DNA of 64,000 nucleotides from Eledone cirrhosa (Eukaryota): assembly GCA_964016885.1 (NCBI GenBank), contig OZ024740.1, forward strand, positions 399,466,001 through 399,530,000. Reading direction: 5' to 3'. Position 1 is the stretch's first letter, and each line of letters begins with the position of its first letter. The notes beneath the pieces are model-generated. The model was not told where the DNA came from, did not search any database, and worked only from the letters and a program-made list of their open reading frames with translations. The position numbers and the translations under genes are program-made. Shown piece by piece: positions 14,560 to 27,762 of the stretch.

Positions 14560-14970
14560 AAAGGTGATGACACAGGATTGAGATCTTTGGCATTATGCAG
14601 TAATACAGAAGACCTGCCTTTCCATATACCTCCCATGCCCTAACACTCCACTCACATCCTAATCAACCCACCCTTCTCCCACACATCACACACCCTGCCC
14701 GATCCTAGTCCACACTGTAAAGTTGTGTGGATGTCACCACAAAAAGCATCCAACCCACACTGTAAAATAGTTGTGTAGGTGTCACAACAAAAAGACCCAG
14801 CATACACTGTAAATGCGGTTGGCACAGGAAGGGCATCTAGCTGTAGAAACCAAACCAAAAGCTGTTCTGTATGAGCAAGGCATAGTCACCTGACCTGGCA
14901 TTTCTCACAACAGGACAGCTCTTCTAACCCATGTTAGCATGGAAAAATGGCCGTTAAATGGTGATGATGA
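14560..14970 (+). mobile_element. Degenerate RTE 3' end
   Basis: cacactgtaaa subrepeats, aggaagggcatctagctgtagaaa motif and (GAT)n tail. Confidence 0.75.
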
Positions 14971-14987
14971 TATATATATATATAAAC

Positions 14988-15018
<31 letters not shown>

Positions 15019-15048
15019 CACATGTACACACACTGTTATTATTGTTTT

Positions 15049-15240
15049 GGTAGTATCGGTAGAGTATTGGACGCCATGCTTTGCAGCATAGAGTTATGGC
15101 CCTTTGCAGTCTGAGTTCAAATCCTGCTGACGTTAACTTTGCCTTTCATCCTTATGGGGTTGATAAAATAAAGTACCAGTAATGCACTGGGATAATTGCC
15201 AGCCTTGTGCCAAAAGTAGAAACAATTATTATTATTATTA
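15049..15240 (+). mobile_element. SINE family 1 (tRNA-like head, Nin/Deu-like core, (TTA)n tail)
   Basis: B-box gagttcaaatcc; core ctttgcctttcatccttatggggttgataaaataaagtaccag; multi-copy in the window. Confidence 0.85.
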
Positions 15241-15378
15241 CTATCACTAATAATAATAACAATGTATTTATTTATCATTTTCTTAATATAAACACTCTGC
15301 CTGTGTATTGAATGCTTACTTTGGTACTACCACCAGTAATTTGCTGAATCACATACACTATACATATAAATATATATA

Positions 15379-15725
15379 TGGAGGCACATGGCTTAGTGGT
15401 TAGAGCATTGGGCTTGCAATCGAAAGGTTGTGAGTTCAATTCTGAGACCAGGTGATGTGTTGTTTCCTTGAGCAAGACACTTTATTTCACATTGCTCCAG
15501 TTTACTCAGTTGTAGAAATGAGATGATAGGGACTGGGGTCCATATCATTCCACTGCAAAGTGGTCGTGGAGGTGCCACGGCAAAAAAGCACCCAGCCCAC
15601 ACTGTAAATGAGGTTGGTGTTAGGAAGGGCATCCAGCTGTAGAAATCAAGCCAGCATCAATTCCCGTCCCACCCTTGCAAGCAGGGAAAAGCGGACGTAA
15701 AATGAAATGATGATGATGATATCAT
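15379..15725 (+). mobile_element. SINE family 2 (tRNA head plus RTE-derived tail)
   Basis: A-box tggcttagtgg, B-box gagttcaattc; the 3' half matches RTE 3' UTRs; (GAT)n tail. Confidence 0.9.
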
Positions 15726-15932
15726 CATTGTTTTTACGTCCGTTTTTCCATGGTTGCATGGATTCTCTCCACTCGTCGTGTGTGTGCCTATGTGTATGTG
15801 CATATGTGTGTGTGTGTGTATATATATACATATATATGTGTGAGAAAATCATCAGGAAAGAGCTTTCCTGATGATTTCTGTTTCATATATATATAGACAC
15901 ATAAATATATATATAAATAGAATGATACTCAC

Positions 15933-16005
15933 TATATGTTTGAATTAGCAGTTCAATGACATCATCATGGCATTGTATTGATGCAAGATGAAGTGGAGTA
16001 AAACC
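15933..16005 (-). CDS. SOWAH: Ankyrin-repeat exon of SOWAH-like gene (GFTPLHLASIQCHDDVIELLIQTY)
   Basis: ttattttctcccacag acceptor, gtgagt donor, 73 nt, phase 0/1. TPLH ankyrin motif. Confidence 0.9.
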
Positions 16006-16284
16006 CTGTGGGAGAAAATAAGAAATTAATTCTATGAAAACAACAAATGAAGCAAAATCAATATGAAGACTATATATTAACTACAAACTAAAAGAGAGAG
16101 GTTAAAAGGTTAAATGGTTATTGAAGGACTTTAATTATACCACTGACCAGTTAATGCTGCTATTCCAGCTTGACACCAATCGAGCCTTCTGTTAGTCTGA
16201 AATTTTAATCAATTTTTTTTTTTATCTTGCCTTAGAAAGTTGTCTTCTCAGAGTTATGAGACCTTCTCCTCAGTCCTGCTATAT

Positions 16285-16618
16285 CAGAGGTCCTCAAACG
16301 TTTTGGGTCACCGCTCCTCCTCACGGCCTCGTAATACCCTCATCCCCGCCCTATCTCCAGAGAGACCTGCCTACATGAAAATTGTAAATAATATATAATA
16401 AATAAAATCGTTAATTTATATATAATAAATATAATATATACTATGTATAAATAAGTATTATATATATTTTTTTGTTTTATTATATTTATATATAATATGT
16501 ATCATTTGATATCTAATATATTATTATATTATCTCTACCACTCCTTTAGGCTCCAGCGCCCTCTTGGACCTTCACAATGTCCCCCAAGGGGCGGTAGTGT
16601 CTACTTTGAGAACCTCTG
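16285..16618. mobile_element. hAT (Charlie-like) MITE
   Basis: TIRs cagaggtcctcaaa / tttgagaacctctg; 8-bp TSD tgctatat / tgcaatat (7 of 8 match). Confidence 0.8.
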
Positions 16619-17690
16619 TGCAATATTATAGCAGGTGACTTTTGGTCCTTCCAAATAGTATTCATTTTATAACATCCATTGGTAAGATACATGCCCATCT
16701 ACATAATACACTATTTAATCATTGCTACCTAATCCATGATCCTATACTGGGTTAAGGTGATTTAGTAATGCAGTGAACTCAGCAATTCTTGCTAACAAGT
16801 AACTCCATTCTTCTCAACATCTGAGTTTTCTTTATCCCTAGACCCTGACACCGAATGCTGTTTAAAAATTATGATAGAAGGGTTTTATATAAATATAAAC
16901 ACCTTAAAAACAAAAACAGTTTTACATAGTAAGTTGGTAGTGTTAATGCCACAAAAAAAGCATCCAGTCCACCCAGTAAGGTAGTTGTACTGGTGCCACA
17001 ACAAAAGGCACCCAGTCAAGCCTGAAAGGTGGTAGTGCTGATGCCACAACAAAAAGTACCCAGTCAACCCTATAAGGTGGCTGGTATTAGGAAGAGCATC
17101 CAGTCATAGAAAACTGAGTCAAAAACAGAACGAATGAGCAAAATATGGTCACTTGATCTGTCTGGGCTCATAATGTGAGAGCCCATCTATTTATTTTCCA
17201 TCATGGAAAATTAATGTTAAACTATGATGATGCTGATAATGATGATGAACAAGGGGTATTTCAGGTGATTGAATATCAAAAAGGTTAACAATTCAATATA
17301 TGTATACATGCACACATAATTGTGCGTGTGCGTGTGTGTGTATGTGTATATTCACACAAATGCACAAACACTGATATCACTCATTCTAGTTAACAATAGA
17401 AAAGCTGTTTGAATTTAGTTGACAAAGAAATATTTTCATGCAATGTTTTTTTGATATGCAAGACAACAGAAAATACATCAGAGAAACACTGACAGTTATC
17501 TTTAGAGATAACAAAAGGGGGTAAAATAGAGACTATATATATATATACACATTTATAAAGTTATTTATACTTACAGCCTTTGATCGAAAAGATGAGCAGA
17601 ATAAAATGCCAGAATATGGTGGATGACATGAAATAAAGAGAAAAAAATATACACATACGTATGCATATATATATATATATATATATATGC

Positions 17691-17762
<72 letters not shown>

Positions 17763-17811
17763 TATAGTGACGAAACATAAGTCAATTGCATGAACTCATA
17801 ATCCTTTATTT

Positions 17812-17863
17812 ACTGCTATATTTCGATGATAGCCATTGAATGGCTATGACCTCATCAGGCAGT
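17812..17863 (-). ncRNA. Minimal type I hammerhead ribozyme motif in a probable Penelope-like remnant
   Basis: actgc-CTGATGA-ggtcatagcca(ttcaa)tggctatcatc-GAAA-tata-gcagt; stems I and II pair. Confidence 0.65.
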
Positions 17864-18660
17864 TAGTCAGTTCTTAGATATGCCAGCTCTGTGTTTATGG
17901 TGTTGATGGTATCAGAGCCTTGGGACATATGAGCTTGTTAGGAATAATTTAATGTTGTCAGCAGGAATAGTCTTAATTCTCATTGGTCAGTTTGTAGATG
18001 CTAGTAGGGTTGGTATTTGACCTCAAAGAGGCAGGTGGTGTTGTAAAGTTCAAACCTTAAGGCAAGATGACAATAGTTCCATATGACTGATTTTCACAAA
18101 AAGCATTCCTGGTCAGATATATATTCAATTAAGGTTAATAGTATGAAATAGAAGCTACAGGTCATTCTTAAATTGAGGAATTTATGTGGAGTGGTGCTAC
18201 TGAAATTTATAGTTAGAGTAGAAAATTTACAAATAAAAAGACTTATGTAGGTTGGCTTGCACTACACTCACACCCACCTCCACACATACAAATTGAGGAA
18301 TTAATGTGGGGTGGTAATACTTAAAATAATGGTTAGAGTCAAATACTTAGATAGTTTAGAAAATTTAGAAATAAAAGGTTTATGTTGTACATACACTCAC
18401 ACCTACCCCCTCACACACACACACATCTACACACACAAATCCATATAGGTGTGTATATATACATAAGTACGCACAAGTATATATACATATATATAAAATA
18501 TATATATATATATAAAATACACATATATATAAAATATACACATACAAAAAATACACATACATACAATACATACATATATATAACATACGTATATATATAT
18601 AAAATACATATATATATATATATATAAAATACACACATATATACATATAAAATATATATA

Positions 18661-18692
<32 letters not shown>

Positions 18693-19531
18693 TTAGAGAA
18701 TTGTTTAATAACTGCTTGCTTCGCTACTCTTTATATATATCTCTCGTCCACGATTTCACAGAACTTATGTTTACCGAATTCGCAAACCAGACCCCTTCTT
18801 CCTCCCGTTAGACCTGTGCGAAATTCCTTCCTTTCTCACATTTCAACCAGGTTTGATGGTCTTTATTCTCTCGTTCACGATTTCACCGAACTTAAATTCA
18901 TAGAAATCTGGGACTTGTCTTCTTATTCCTCACTTTCTGTTGCCTCACCATTTTGTTTGTTTACCCTCGCGTCCCCTTTATCTACATGTCCCAACGACTT
19001 TTTTTAGCCGTTGCTCGCACCAACCGGAGGTATATGGTCTTTAAAGCGATGAAATACCTATGATAGTTGGAAGATCACTGATGAAGGACAAACTTTTTTT
19101 ATATGTAACCCATTTGCAACTCTGCAGCGCCCTTATTATCATATATTATTATATATATATATATATATATATAATCAGGTTCAATAAAACATGGTTTTGA
19201 TGACTCCTAACCAGTAGAGGATCCGGTGGACCATCCACCACAGGGACCCGAAACTATGGGTGGTTGTTGTTGTCCATTGGTACGGGGTGTAGGGAACCTA
19301 CAGGGGGAGGGGCGTTGTGGGAGGACTTAACCAGGGTTTATCCATATAGCTTGAGGAAAGTTCCCGTCCTTAGGTGTCTGCAGGCACCGAATAAGTCGGC
19401 CCTTCTGTTTAATAGCTTGGTTCCGCCATGAATATATGCATATATATATATATATATATATATATGTAAGCATGTATGTATACATACATACATATATGTA
19501 TACAGACGTACAGTAGCATGTATATACATAT

Positions 19532-19994
19532 ATCATCATCATCATCACCGTTTTACGTCCGTTCTTCCACGTTAGCATGGGTTAGACGGGTTGTCCTGTT
19601 GTGTGCAGTGTCTGGTCGGCTGACCATGCCTTGCTCATACAGGAACTGATCTGGCTTGATTTCTACAGCTGGATGCCCTTCCTAACACCAACCTCATTTA
19701 CAGTGAGTGCTGGGTGCTTTTTCGTGGCGCCTACACGTCCACTTTACAGTGTGGGCTGGGTGCTTTTTTGCCGTGGCACCTCCACGACCACCTTGCGGTG
19801 CGGGGTGTGGGGGCATATTGTTTATATGCTTCAGCATGTACCCATGGGAGTTCGGGTACTCTGTATTACTGCGTGACGCCAGAAGTCACGGTCGTGTGTC
19901 ATTGTCTTTGAGAGGTGTAATTGGGTAAGGTCGGCTTTTATCACCTCATCCCAGGTCATCTTGGGTCTCCCCACTCCGCGGTTTCCATCAACTT
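19532..19994 (-). mobile_element. RTE family A 3' fragment
   Basis: Near-identical reverse complement of about 41416-41878. Confidence 0.92.
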
Positions 19995-20107
19995 ATTTTT
20001 ACGTCCGTGCGTAAGTGGGTGAATGTACGTGAATGTGTGTGTATGTGTGTATGCATATGTATGGGTGTGTATGTGTGTGTGTATATGAAATTATAGTCAC
20101 GTGCGTG

Positions 20108-20324
20108 ATATATATATACATACAGGCACACATATATATATGCACGTATCAGTTTACCGAACATTTATTATAATGTTCGCTTTGTTCGTTTGTAAAAAAG
20201 GTGACATGGTTGCCTAAACACTGTACGGCGTAAATCAGGCTGTTCGTTTGTTTACAAACGAACAAAGCAAACATTATAATAAATGTTCGGTAAACTGATA
20301 TGTGCATATATATATGTGTGCCTG

Positions 20325-20340
<16 letters not shown>
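20108..20340. repeat. Foldback/MITE-like inverted repeat (about 89-bp arms, 54-bp spacer)
   Basis: Arms 20108-20196 and 20251-20340 are reverse complements, embedded in (TA)n. Confidence 0.8.
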
Positions 20341-20361
<21 letters not shown>

Positions 20362-20494
20362 GCTACTGTACGTCTGTATACATATATGTATGTACGTATA
20401 CATACATGCTTACATTTAAGTAAGTGCCGTACTAAGAGTGAGAAATGAAATTTCGTTTCATTCTATTCTATATATATATGCATATATATATATA

Positions 20495-20572
<78 letters not shown>

Positions 20573-20574
<2 letters not shown>

Positions 20575-21090
20575 TATGAAAGTCGATAGCTGTATAACAA
20601 AGTGCAGGGCAATAAAGATAGACGGTAGTCACGGAATAGGCAGACCTAGAAAAACCTGGGACGAGCTGATAAACTCCGACATCACACACTTACACCTCTC
20701 CAAGACAATGTCACTGGACCGAGACCTTTGGCGGTACTCAGTAACAGAGAAGACCCGCCTTACCTAAATATATAGTAAAACCTACTCCAGCCAGTAGGCA
20801 TCTCTAACAAAATACACCCCGTCCCACCACCACCCCCACCCCATCCACACCACCCCGTTCTATGTAAAGTTATGTTGGTGCCGCTGTAGAAATGAGATAA
20901 TAGGGACTGGGGTCCATATCACTCCACTGCAAAGTGGTCGTGGAGGTGCTACGGCAAAAAAAGCACCCAGTACTTACTGTAAATGAGGTTGGTGTTAGGA
21001 AGGGCATCCAGCTGTAGAAATCAAGCCAGAATCAGTTCCCGTCCCACCCTTGCAAGCAGGGAAAAAGCGGACGTAAAATGAAATGATGAT
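20573..21090 (+). mobile_element. RTE family B 3' end fused to SINE family 2 body
   Basis: [17 protein letters not shown]...EKTRLT* then switches at about 20883 to SINE sequence ctgtagaaatgagataatagggactgggg. Confidence 0.8.
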
Positions 21091-21550
21091 ATATATATAT
21101 ATTATATGTGCATATGTGTGTGTGTGTGTGTATATGTATATGCATGTATTCAGATACCCCCTTTGCCAATCATTATGACCCGTAAAGCCCTTGCTATCGA
21201 AATATGAAACTACCCACCTTGAACCTGCCCCACACATTAGTCATGTCAGCTCCCACAAAGTGGAGTATCTTGGCTATGTTTGCACCCACTAATCTAGAAT
21301 GTATATAAGTGAGACACAGCTCCCTGACCCATCAAAGAAGACAGTATGGAAAAGTAGATGTAAAATGATGATTATATACATATATATATGTAAAAGGTAA
21401 ACAGAAATAACAACACAATCAGTACAGTATATAGAAGGAAAATATTAGGTTAATGCTTGAAATAGCAGAAAGAGGGTCTTAACGTTTTGGACGCTTATAT
21501 ATATATATATATATATAGTATATTGAATATATTGAAATGATCCATCATCA

Positions 21551-21822
21551 TTCATCATCATCATTTCATTTTACGTCCGCTTTTTCCCTGCTTGCAAGGG
21601 TGGGACGGGAACTGATGCTGGCTTGATTTCTACAGCTGGGTGCCTTTCCTAACACCAAACTCATTTACAGTGAGTGCTGGGTGCTTTTTTTTTCTACAGC
21701 TGAGTAAACTGGAGCAATGTGAAATAAAGTGTCTTGCTCAAGGAAATAACACATCACCCGGTCTGAGAATTGAACTCACAACCTTTTGATTGCAAGGCCA
21801 ATGCACTAAGCCATGTGCCTCT
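21551..21822 (-). mobile_element. SINE family 2 copy (internally deleted)
   Basis: Reverse complement of 15379-15725. Confidence 0.85.
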
Positions 21823-22879
21823 ATATGAATATTACTGATCCCTAAAAAGTTAAACAATTGGCTTCTTTTACATACACATGTGTCAACATGTGTATGTTAA
21901 GGTATTTTTGTGTTTCAAAATATGTATAGTTTACACCAGTTTGACTAGCTGTTATTGTTCTACAGCTTTAGCCATTGGACTTCGGCCAATCAATCATATT
22001 GACCCCAGAATTTATTTCAGCCTGGTACTTTTATTAATCAGTTGTCTAGTTTATATTTTGACAAGTCCAGCTTTTTGTAATAGGTAACTAATAGGTACAG
22101 CTACTCAAGTTGTCAACATAGCCCAATGAAGGAGCTTTTTTGTGGATGTTTGACTTGCTAGAAATAGTAGCAAATTTCCCATTACTATTAAATCATTCTC
22201 GCTTACACACTATACCTGAAAAAACAAAACAAAACAACAATAAAACCAATAAAAAAATGATATGGTATGGTGAAGTTCAGGTTGTTGTTATTCATATCAA
22301 ACCTAGGGTTAAACAGAATGAATAACAACAACTCAAACACACATGCACACACAAACTGATACAACATACACATCTTGTCTCTCTGGTGAAGCACCCTGAA
22401 GTGCTATATGTACACATAAATTGATACAACATACACATCTAGTCTCTCTGGTGAAGCTCCCTGCTAGACTTTTTTGCTAATGATGACAAAATAATTTGTT
22501 CTGTTTTGAGAACTTTTTATGCTTACCACTTGCATACAGACTACCACAAGTTTGCTCATAATTCTGCTGTTTTAGGAAGGAGAAATGAAATACTGTAATG
22601 TAATGCCTTTCTTAAGTCAATATAATGGAAAGCTATATGAAGTTTGAGGGACTGAAGAAGAAACCTAGAGTATAAACTGTCACAGTATACTAAATCAGTC
22701 TTGTACTTATACTCCACCAGGAGCAGGTGACCTCTAAAAAGACGTCCCCATCCTCGGTCTGCTGATCCTCCTGCCTGCTATTTACTCTATCCTCAGGTCC
22801 AGGATATGTCAGCTAGAAACTCTGTACAACCAATGTATAGAAGATCCTGTATAGAAGCCTGACCACTTAGTTAATCTAA

Positions 22880-23540
22880 ATTTCAGTAAGAACTTTGTCA
22901 GCCACTTTCCAGCTATCTATTTAAAGCTGTATATAGCTATGGTAAGGCCACACTTAGGAGTTGTATCACCAGTCTGGAATCCCTATCTTTCTCAGAATAC
23001 TGACCTCCTGGAAACTGTTCAGAGACGTGTAACCAAACGAATAGCCTCCACCAGGCATCTGCCATACTCTGAATGCCTTGCTTCCCTGGGCATGGATTCA
23101 TTAAAGCTCCAACACCTGGCAACTGACTTGATAGACACAATATTATTAACCATCTTGCCAATAACAACCCTGAGCACCTTTTTAAATTCTATGTCTCACA
23201 CCCGTGGACATATTTACAAAATCAGAAAACAGTACAGCTCTCATGACTTTCAGAAACATTTCTTCACGCCCAGAGTTGCTGAAGTATGGCACAAACTACC
23301 TGCATCTGTTTGCTGTTGGGACACTGCATCCTTCAAAACTTCTATGCTTCCTGAAACTCGCCAACACTACACCTGATATTCCCTCTCCATACATACGCTT
23401 GCATGTATTTATGTGTATATCATGACTCATACACCGTTCCCTTTCCTGATATTTGTACATTATTCTATGTACTATACATGCACCTTTGATGAGTTGCAGT
23501 GCACCTGAGCACTGTACACAATCATTTTCATTATTATTAT
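22880..23540 (+). mobile_element. CR1/L2-like LINE 3' fragment
   Basis: VRPHL..VWNPYL...LETVQRRVTK...HTRGH...VAEVWHKLP; (ATT)n tail; short sister copy at 33520-33860. Confidence 0.85.
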
Positions 23541-23759
23541 TTATGTGATCATAGTTAGAGTCACATACAATAGGCAAACAACAATGTTGTATACTACAGT
23601 ATTTTGCATGATAACACATGCTTTCATTCTTTTTTCTTCGTGATAATTTAAAAAAATACTTTTTAGAAATATTTAATAATAATGAATGGGATAAAAATCT
23701 TTAGAATAGATTAGAAAGAAAAAGAAAAGCAAAATGTAATGAATTTTAGTAATACTTAC

Positions 23760-23762
23760 AAA
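23760..23762 (-). CDS. SOWAH: Possible further 3-nt microexon (TTT) between QKA and GFTPLH
   Basis: ttgactaccag|TTT|gtaagta with U-rich upstream sequence. Lies where ankyrin spacing predicts about 2 missing residues; no partner residue found. Confidence 0.3.
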
Positions 23763-23885
23763 CTGGTAGTCAAATTACAATATGAAAGAAAATATAAATA
23801 AAATTTATTAGGAAATGGAATATAAAATTTAAGTTAAAATTTAAATGTTCAACATATTCTTTATAAACATTTCCTTATATGTTAA

Positions 23886-24085
23886 CCCTTTAGCATTTAC
23901 ATTACTCTATATTTACTGTTATATTTTCATGATAAAGGCTTTACTTCTCACATAATATCGAATCTATGAGATTTTGATATTATTTATTTTAAAGAACAAT
24001 ACCTTAACATTAGTATAAGCAGCCGGTTTTTCAGAAAAAGGTGAGAGAATTCTGGTCGGATACGGACGGTTTAAATGCTAAAGGG
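23886..24085. mobile_element. piggyBac-like MITE
   Basis: TIR ccctttagcattta / taaatgctaaaggg flanked by TTAA on both sides. Confidence 0.88.
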
Positions 24086-27000
24086 TTAAACTACAATGAA
24101 ATAATAAAAACATGGATGTAAAAAATATTGATTTCTTGCACAGAATTATATAAGAACGAAAGTCTGGAGTTTTGACATTCATGCCTTTCTGAAAGATAAA
24201 TGAAAAGGGATAGCTACATTTGGGAATTAAAACTGACTTGCAGAAGAATACCTACATTTTATTATACATGTCACAAAAGATGTAAAAATATTAATTTTTA
24301 TTTTCTTTCTGCAAAGCCTGAACAAATTCTATAAAAGGGAGTTTGGTCATTTGTATTGATTACAATATATTACAAGTATCTATTTTAGCAATATATGTGA
24401 ATAAAAAGTAAAATCAATCCTATTACGATGATTTGAAATTTGAAAACATGAGATGAATAAAATATAATCTTTCATCTCTACCACTAAACAAAGATATGAG
24501 TTGCTTCCCTTGGCCAGCTCACGTTTATTTCAAATCTGGAAAAGTTGCATGTTTGGAATCAATATTTAAGAAAGTACAACAAAAAGATGAGAGGACTATA
24601 TTACTCCTAGGTAAAATATGCAGGTTACGTAGATTTTCAAATAAAATAAATTAATGTTTAGTATTAACTTTTCTCCAACCTAAACAGAAACAAACTTTTG
24701 GAAAATAGCAATCTATTTTGTATAAAAAATGTAGACTGTAACAGCAACAATATTGTCAAGTGATATGTGGGAGTCATGTCAAAATATACAAGCCCCGGAA
24801 CTGTCAATCATCAGCTCAATTTTATGGATTCAGTAACTGGGGCTGCCATAAAATATGTGGTGTCAATGTGGAAAGAAGCAAAAGACAGGAAGAAGAGTGG
24901 CACTTATGCTATACTTCATGGTTATTTTAGGGGCTTATGAAGAAAAAGAGATAATGTTGCAGATTTAAAGATAAGTTTTTAAAACGGTGATGATGAGAAG
25001 TATATAGCACTTCGATTAAACTCATCAATGTTGCTTTTAGTTACTTATCTTATGGAAAGAGGGAGAGGGACAGAAAGAGCTGATGTTTTCAATAGTGATT
25101 TTTTTATTGGGGCACAAGATCACACATTTGAAGGGAGATGTATAGTCAATTATATCAGCCCCAATACTTCATCGGTACTGATTCTATTGATCTCCACAGA
25201 AGTTTGAAAAGCAAAACCAGCTTCAGCAGGATTTGAACCCATAGCATCTTGTTTGTTACTTTAGCAGTTTTGTCAATTCACTGCCCTATTATTTTTAATT
25301 ATGAAGAAAGGACAAAGTGAAAGTAGTTCTGTTTATGTGGGATGTAAACAAATATTATTGCATGCATTTGCGATTGTGCAAAGTGAAAGGAAAAGACAGA
25401 GACAAACAATCACACCAGCATACACACACACATATATATAGGCTTTGTTTGTGGTAGATACTAAGAAGCAGTAAGTAGCAAGCGTTGACATGAAACAAGC
25501 TCTATCAAATACTAAGATGGCTCCCTAGAAGTAGTTGACAGCTTCTATTGCCTGTTTGAGTTAACTGGTGACATGTTGTACTACAGAAGACTTGCCATCC
25601 TATGTGTGTGGGGTGAAATGAACAATGAGTGGGTGGTAGTGAAGCAGCAGTATGGTGTAATGACATTTACATTCCTATTTGTCAGTATGCACTTCACTCC
25701 CTCGTCTACCTTCATCTCTCCTTCTTCGTCCAAACTATGCCAAATCCCTTTCCTTGTCCAACCCATGTTGGAATGGAAAGTTGGGCATGCCCCACAATAT
25801 ACTGCCAGACATCAGTGACTCACTTTAAGGCCACCTCCAAGCCAAGACCTCTCAGAAAACAATATGTAATTTACTCCTTCTCTCACCTTACACCCCAATC
25901 TCATAACTGCAGAGGACACTGTAAGCACCCTAGTGTTGGTGCCATGATAAAACACACCCAACCTATTACACATATTGTATCCAACACACCAGACCCTCAC
26001 TAACCCTTACAGTCAGTATTTCCTGCCAAGAACATCAACCCTCTGGAGCTCCTTCCCTGCTCATGTTTTTCATACTGATGCCGACTTGTAATATTTTAAC
26101 TCTGTCATTGTTATATTTCTAATGAAAAACCCTGCTTATGATTTAAAATTTTTTTTTTATATAAGTCTAGCTTTAATTTTTACTTTAATATTTTATTATA
26201 TATCAGTACTGAAGAACCAGTGGTGGTTTCAGGCAGTTAGATTTTAGGAGGGTTAAGTGGACAGCATTACTTTCACACAATGAGACCCCAACACTGAAAT
26301 ATGAAGTAGTTTGTTGTTTCATTCACTTTTGGGAAAAAAAAAAGTGTTATTGCTACTTTAACAGTGAAGAGATTACTGATAGAGAGAATGACTGGTTTGG
26401 AAATACGGTAGTAAGAGAAACCTTTTGAGCACACAAGTAAGAGATATTATATATTTATGGCATTCAAGGAAGCTTACTGATATTGTAATGATTACTAGAG
26501 ACAAACTAATTCCTTGCCAGAAGCTGAAGCAGGTAGCAAGAAATACCATGTGAAAAGCAATGATTAAGAAAGAGCTGAATCAAAGAAGATTACACACAGA
26601 ACAAACAGTATATATCCTTAATAACAAATGATATGCCTGATTCATTGTTATTGTTGCTGAGTGGCTGTGTTAAGAGTAAAACAATAAGCTTTGGGGTAAA
26701 TAAATAACCATAGCATTACTTAAATATGAGAGAAAGACAGGAAGGTAGTATAGCTAGATTGTGAGAGAAGGGGTAGATAGAGAGAGATGGGGAGAGAGAA
26801 AGAGGAAGTAAAGAAAGAGGGAGAGAGAGGAGGGTTTCTTACAAGTAGTTATCACAGTGACTTGCAAAGGTCCAAAACAATTCTGATAACATAATGATGT
26901 TAGACTGTAGTTAGCCGTATCTTTGGCAAATAGTGCAAACCAGTTATTTTGTATGAGTAGTTAATAGAACTGATGAAAAGATGCAAAGCCAGAAGGTTTT

Positions 27001-27762
27001 TTTTACAAATGGAAAAGAAATGAATAATTAAATATTGAAGTTTTGAAGTACTGCTAAACTAACAAACTGAAACTTGTCAATATGGTAGTTACAGACAAGA
27101 AAAACATCCTCTTACACTTGAGGTGATATACTAAAATATGAATAATGTTTGCTGTTGTTTTCTCTCACAAATAAATAGGTAACAAATAAGAAACAAGAGT
27201 CAATTTCAGTTGTTTTTATTTCTTTTTATCTTTTCATCTTTTTCATTTTCTTTTTTTTTGTGGTTGAGATAATTATAAGCTTGACAAATAATAGTCAGAT
27301 TTCTCTAGAGGCAACCAAAAGATATGTTTAGCAATAGCTGTGAATTTTTATATCTTTCTTTCTTTTGTTTTTGTATTCTTTTTTGCAATGTGAGAATCAA
27401 CAAATACACTGTAGCATGCAGGTTTTCAGTGTATCTTAGATAGAAATCAAATTGTTTTATTTTTTAGAGAAAATCTGGATGAGCAGAGTTATGGTTCTTG
27501 TTTAGCCCCAGGTTATGGGTTGGCTGGGTTATCACAGTCTGAGACTAGACAAATCAGAAGACAATGTCTTGCTCATATGCTCCATTTTGACATAATTTCT
27601 ATGGTTGGATGCCATTCTTAATGGCAACAGCTTTACAGAGTACACTGGATACATTTTATTGTGGCACCAATACTATCACAGAATGTCCTAGGTGCATTTT
27701 ATCATGGCATCAACAGTGGTAATCAGTGAGAGTGTGTGAGTGTGTGTGTGTGTGTGTATATA

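Noticed and set aside
15379-15450. tRNA-like sequences
   Set aside because: SINE heads with A/B boxes but no complete cloverleaf.
15843-15878. Short palindrome containing CTGATGA on both strands
   Set aside because: No stem II/GAAA arrangement; probably a small fold-back remnant.
17533-18665. Tyr/Ile-rich ORFs (also near 20149, 47603, 48581 and 51311)
   Set aside because: Translations of (TA/CA)n and (TAA)n microsatellites.
22201-22260. Strong minus-strand acceptor followed by GTATAGTGT|gtaagc
   Set aside because: Contains an in-frame TAG and lies in a degenerate repeat; cannot separate a poison exon or recursive site from chance.
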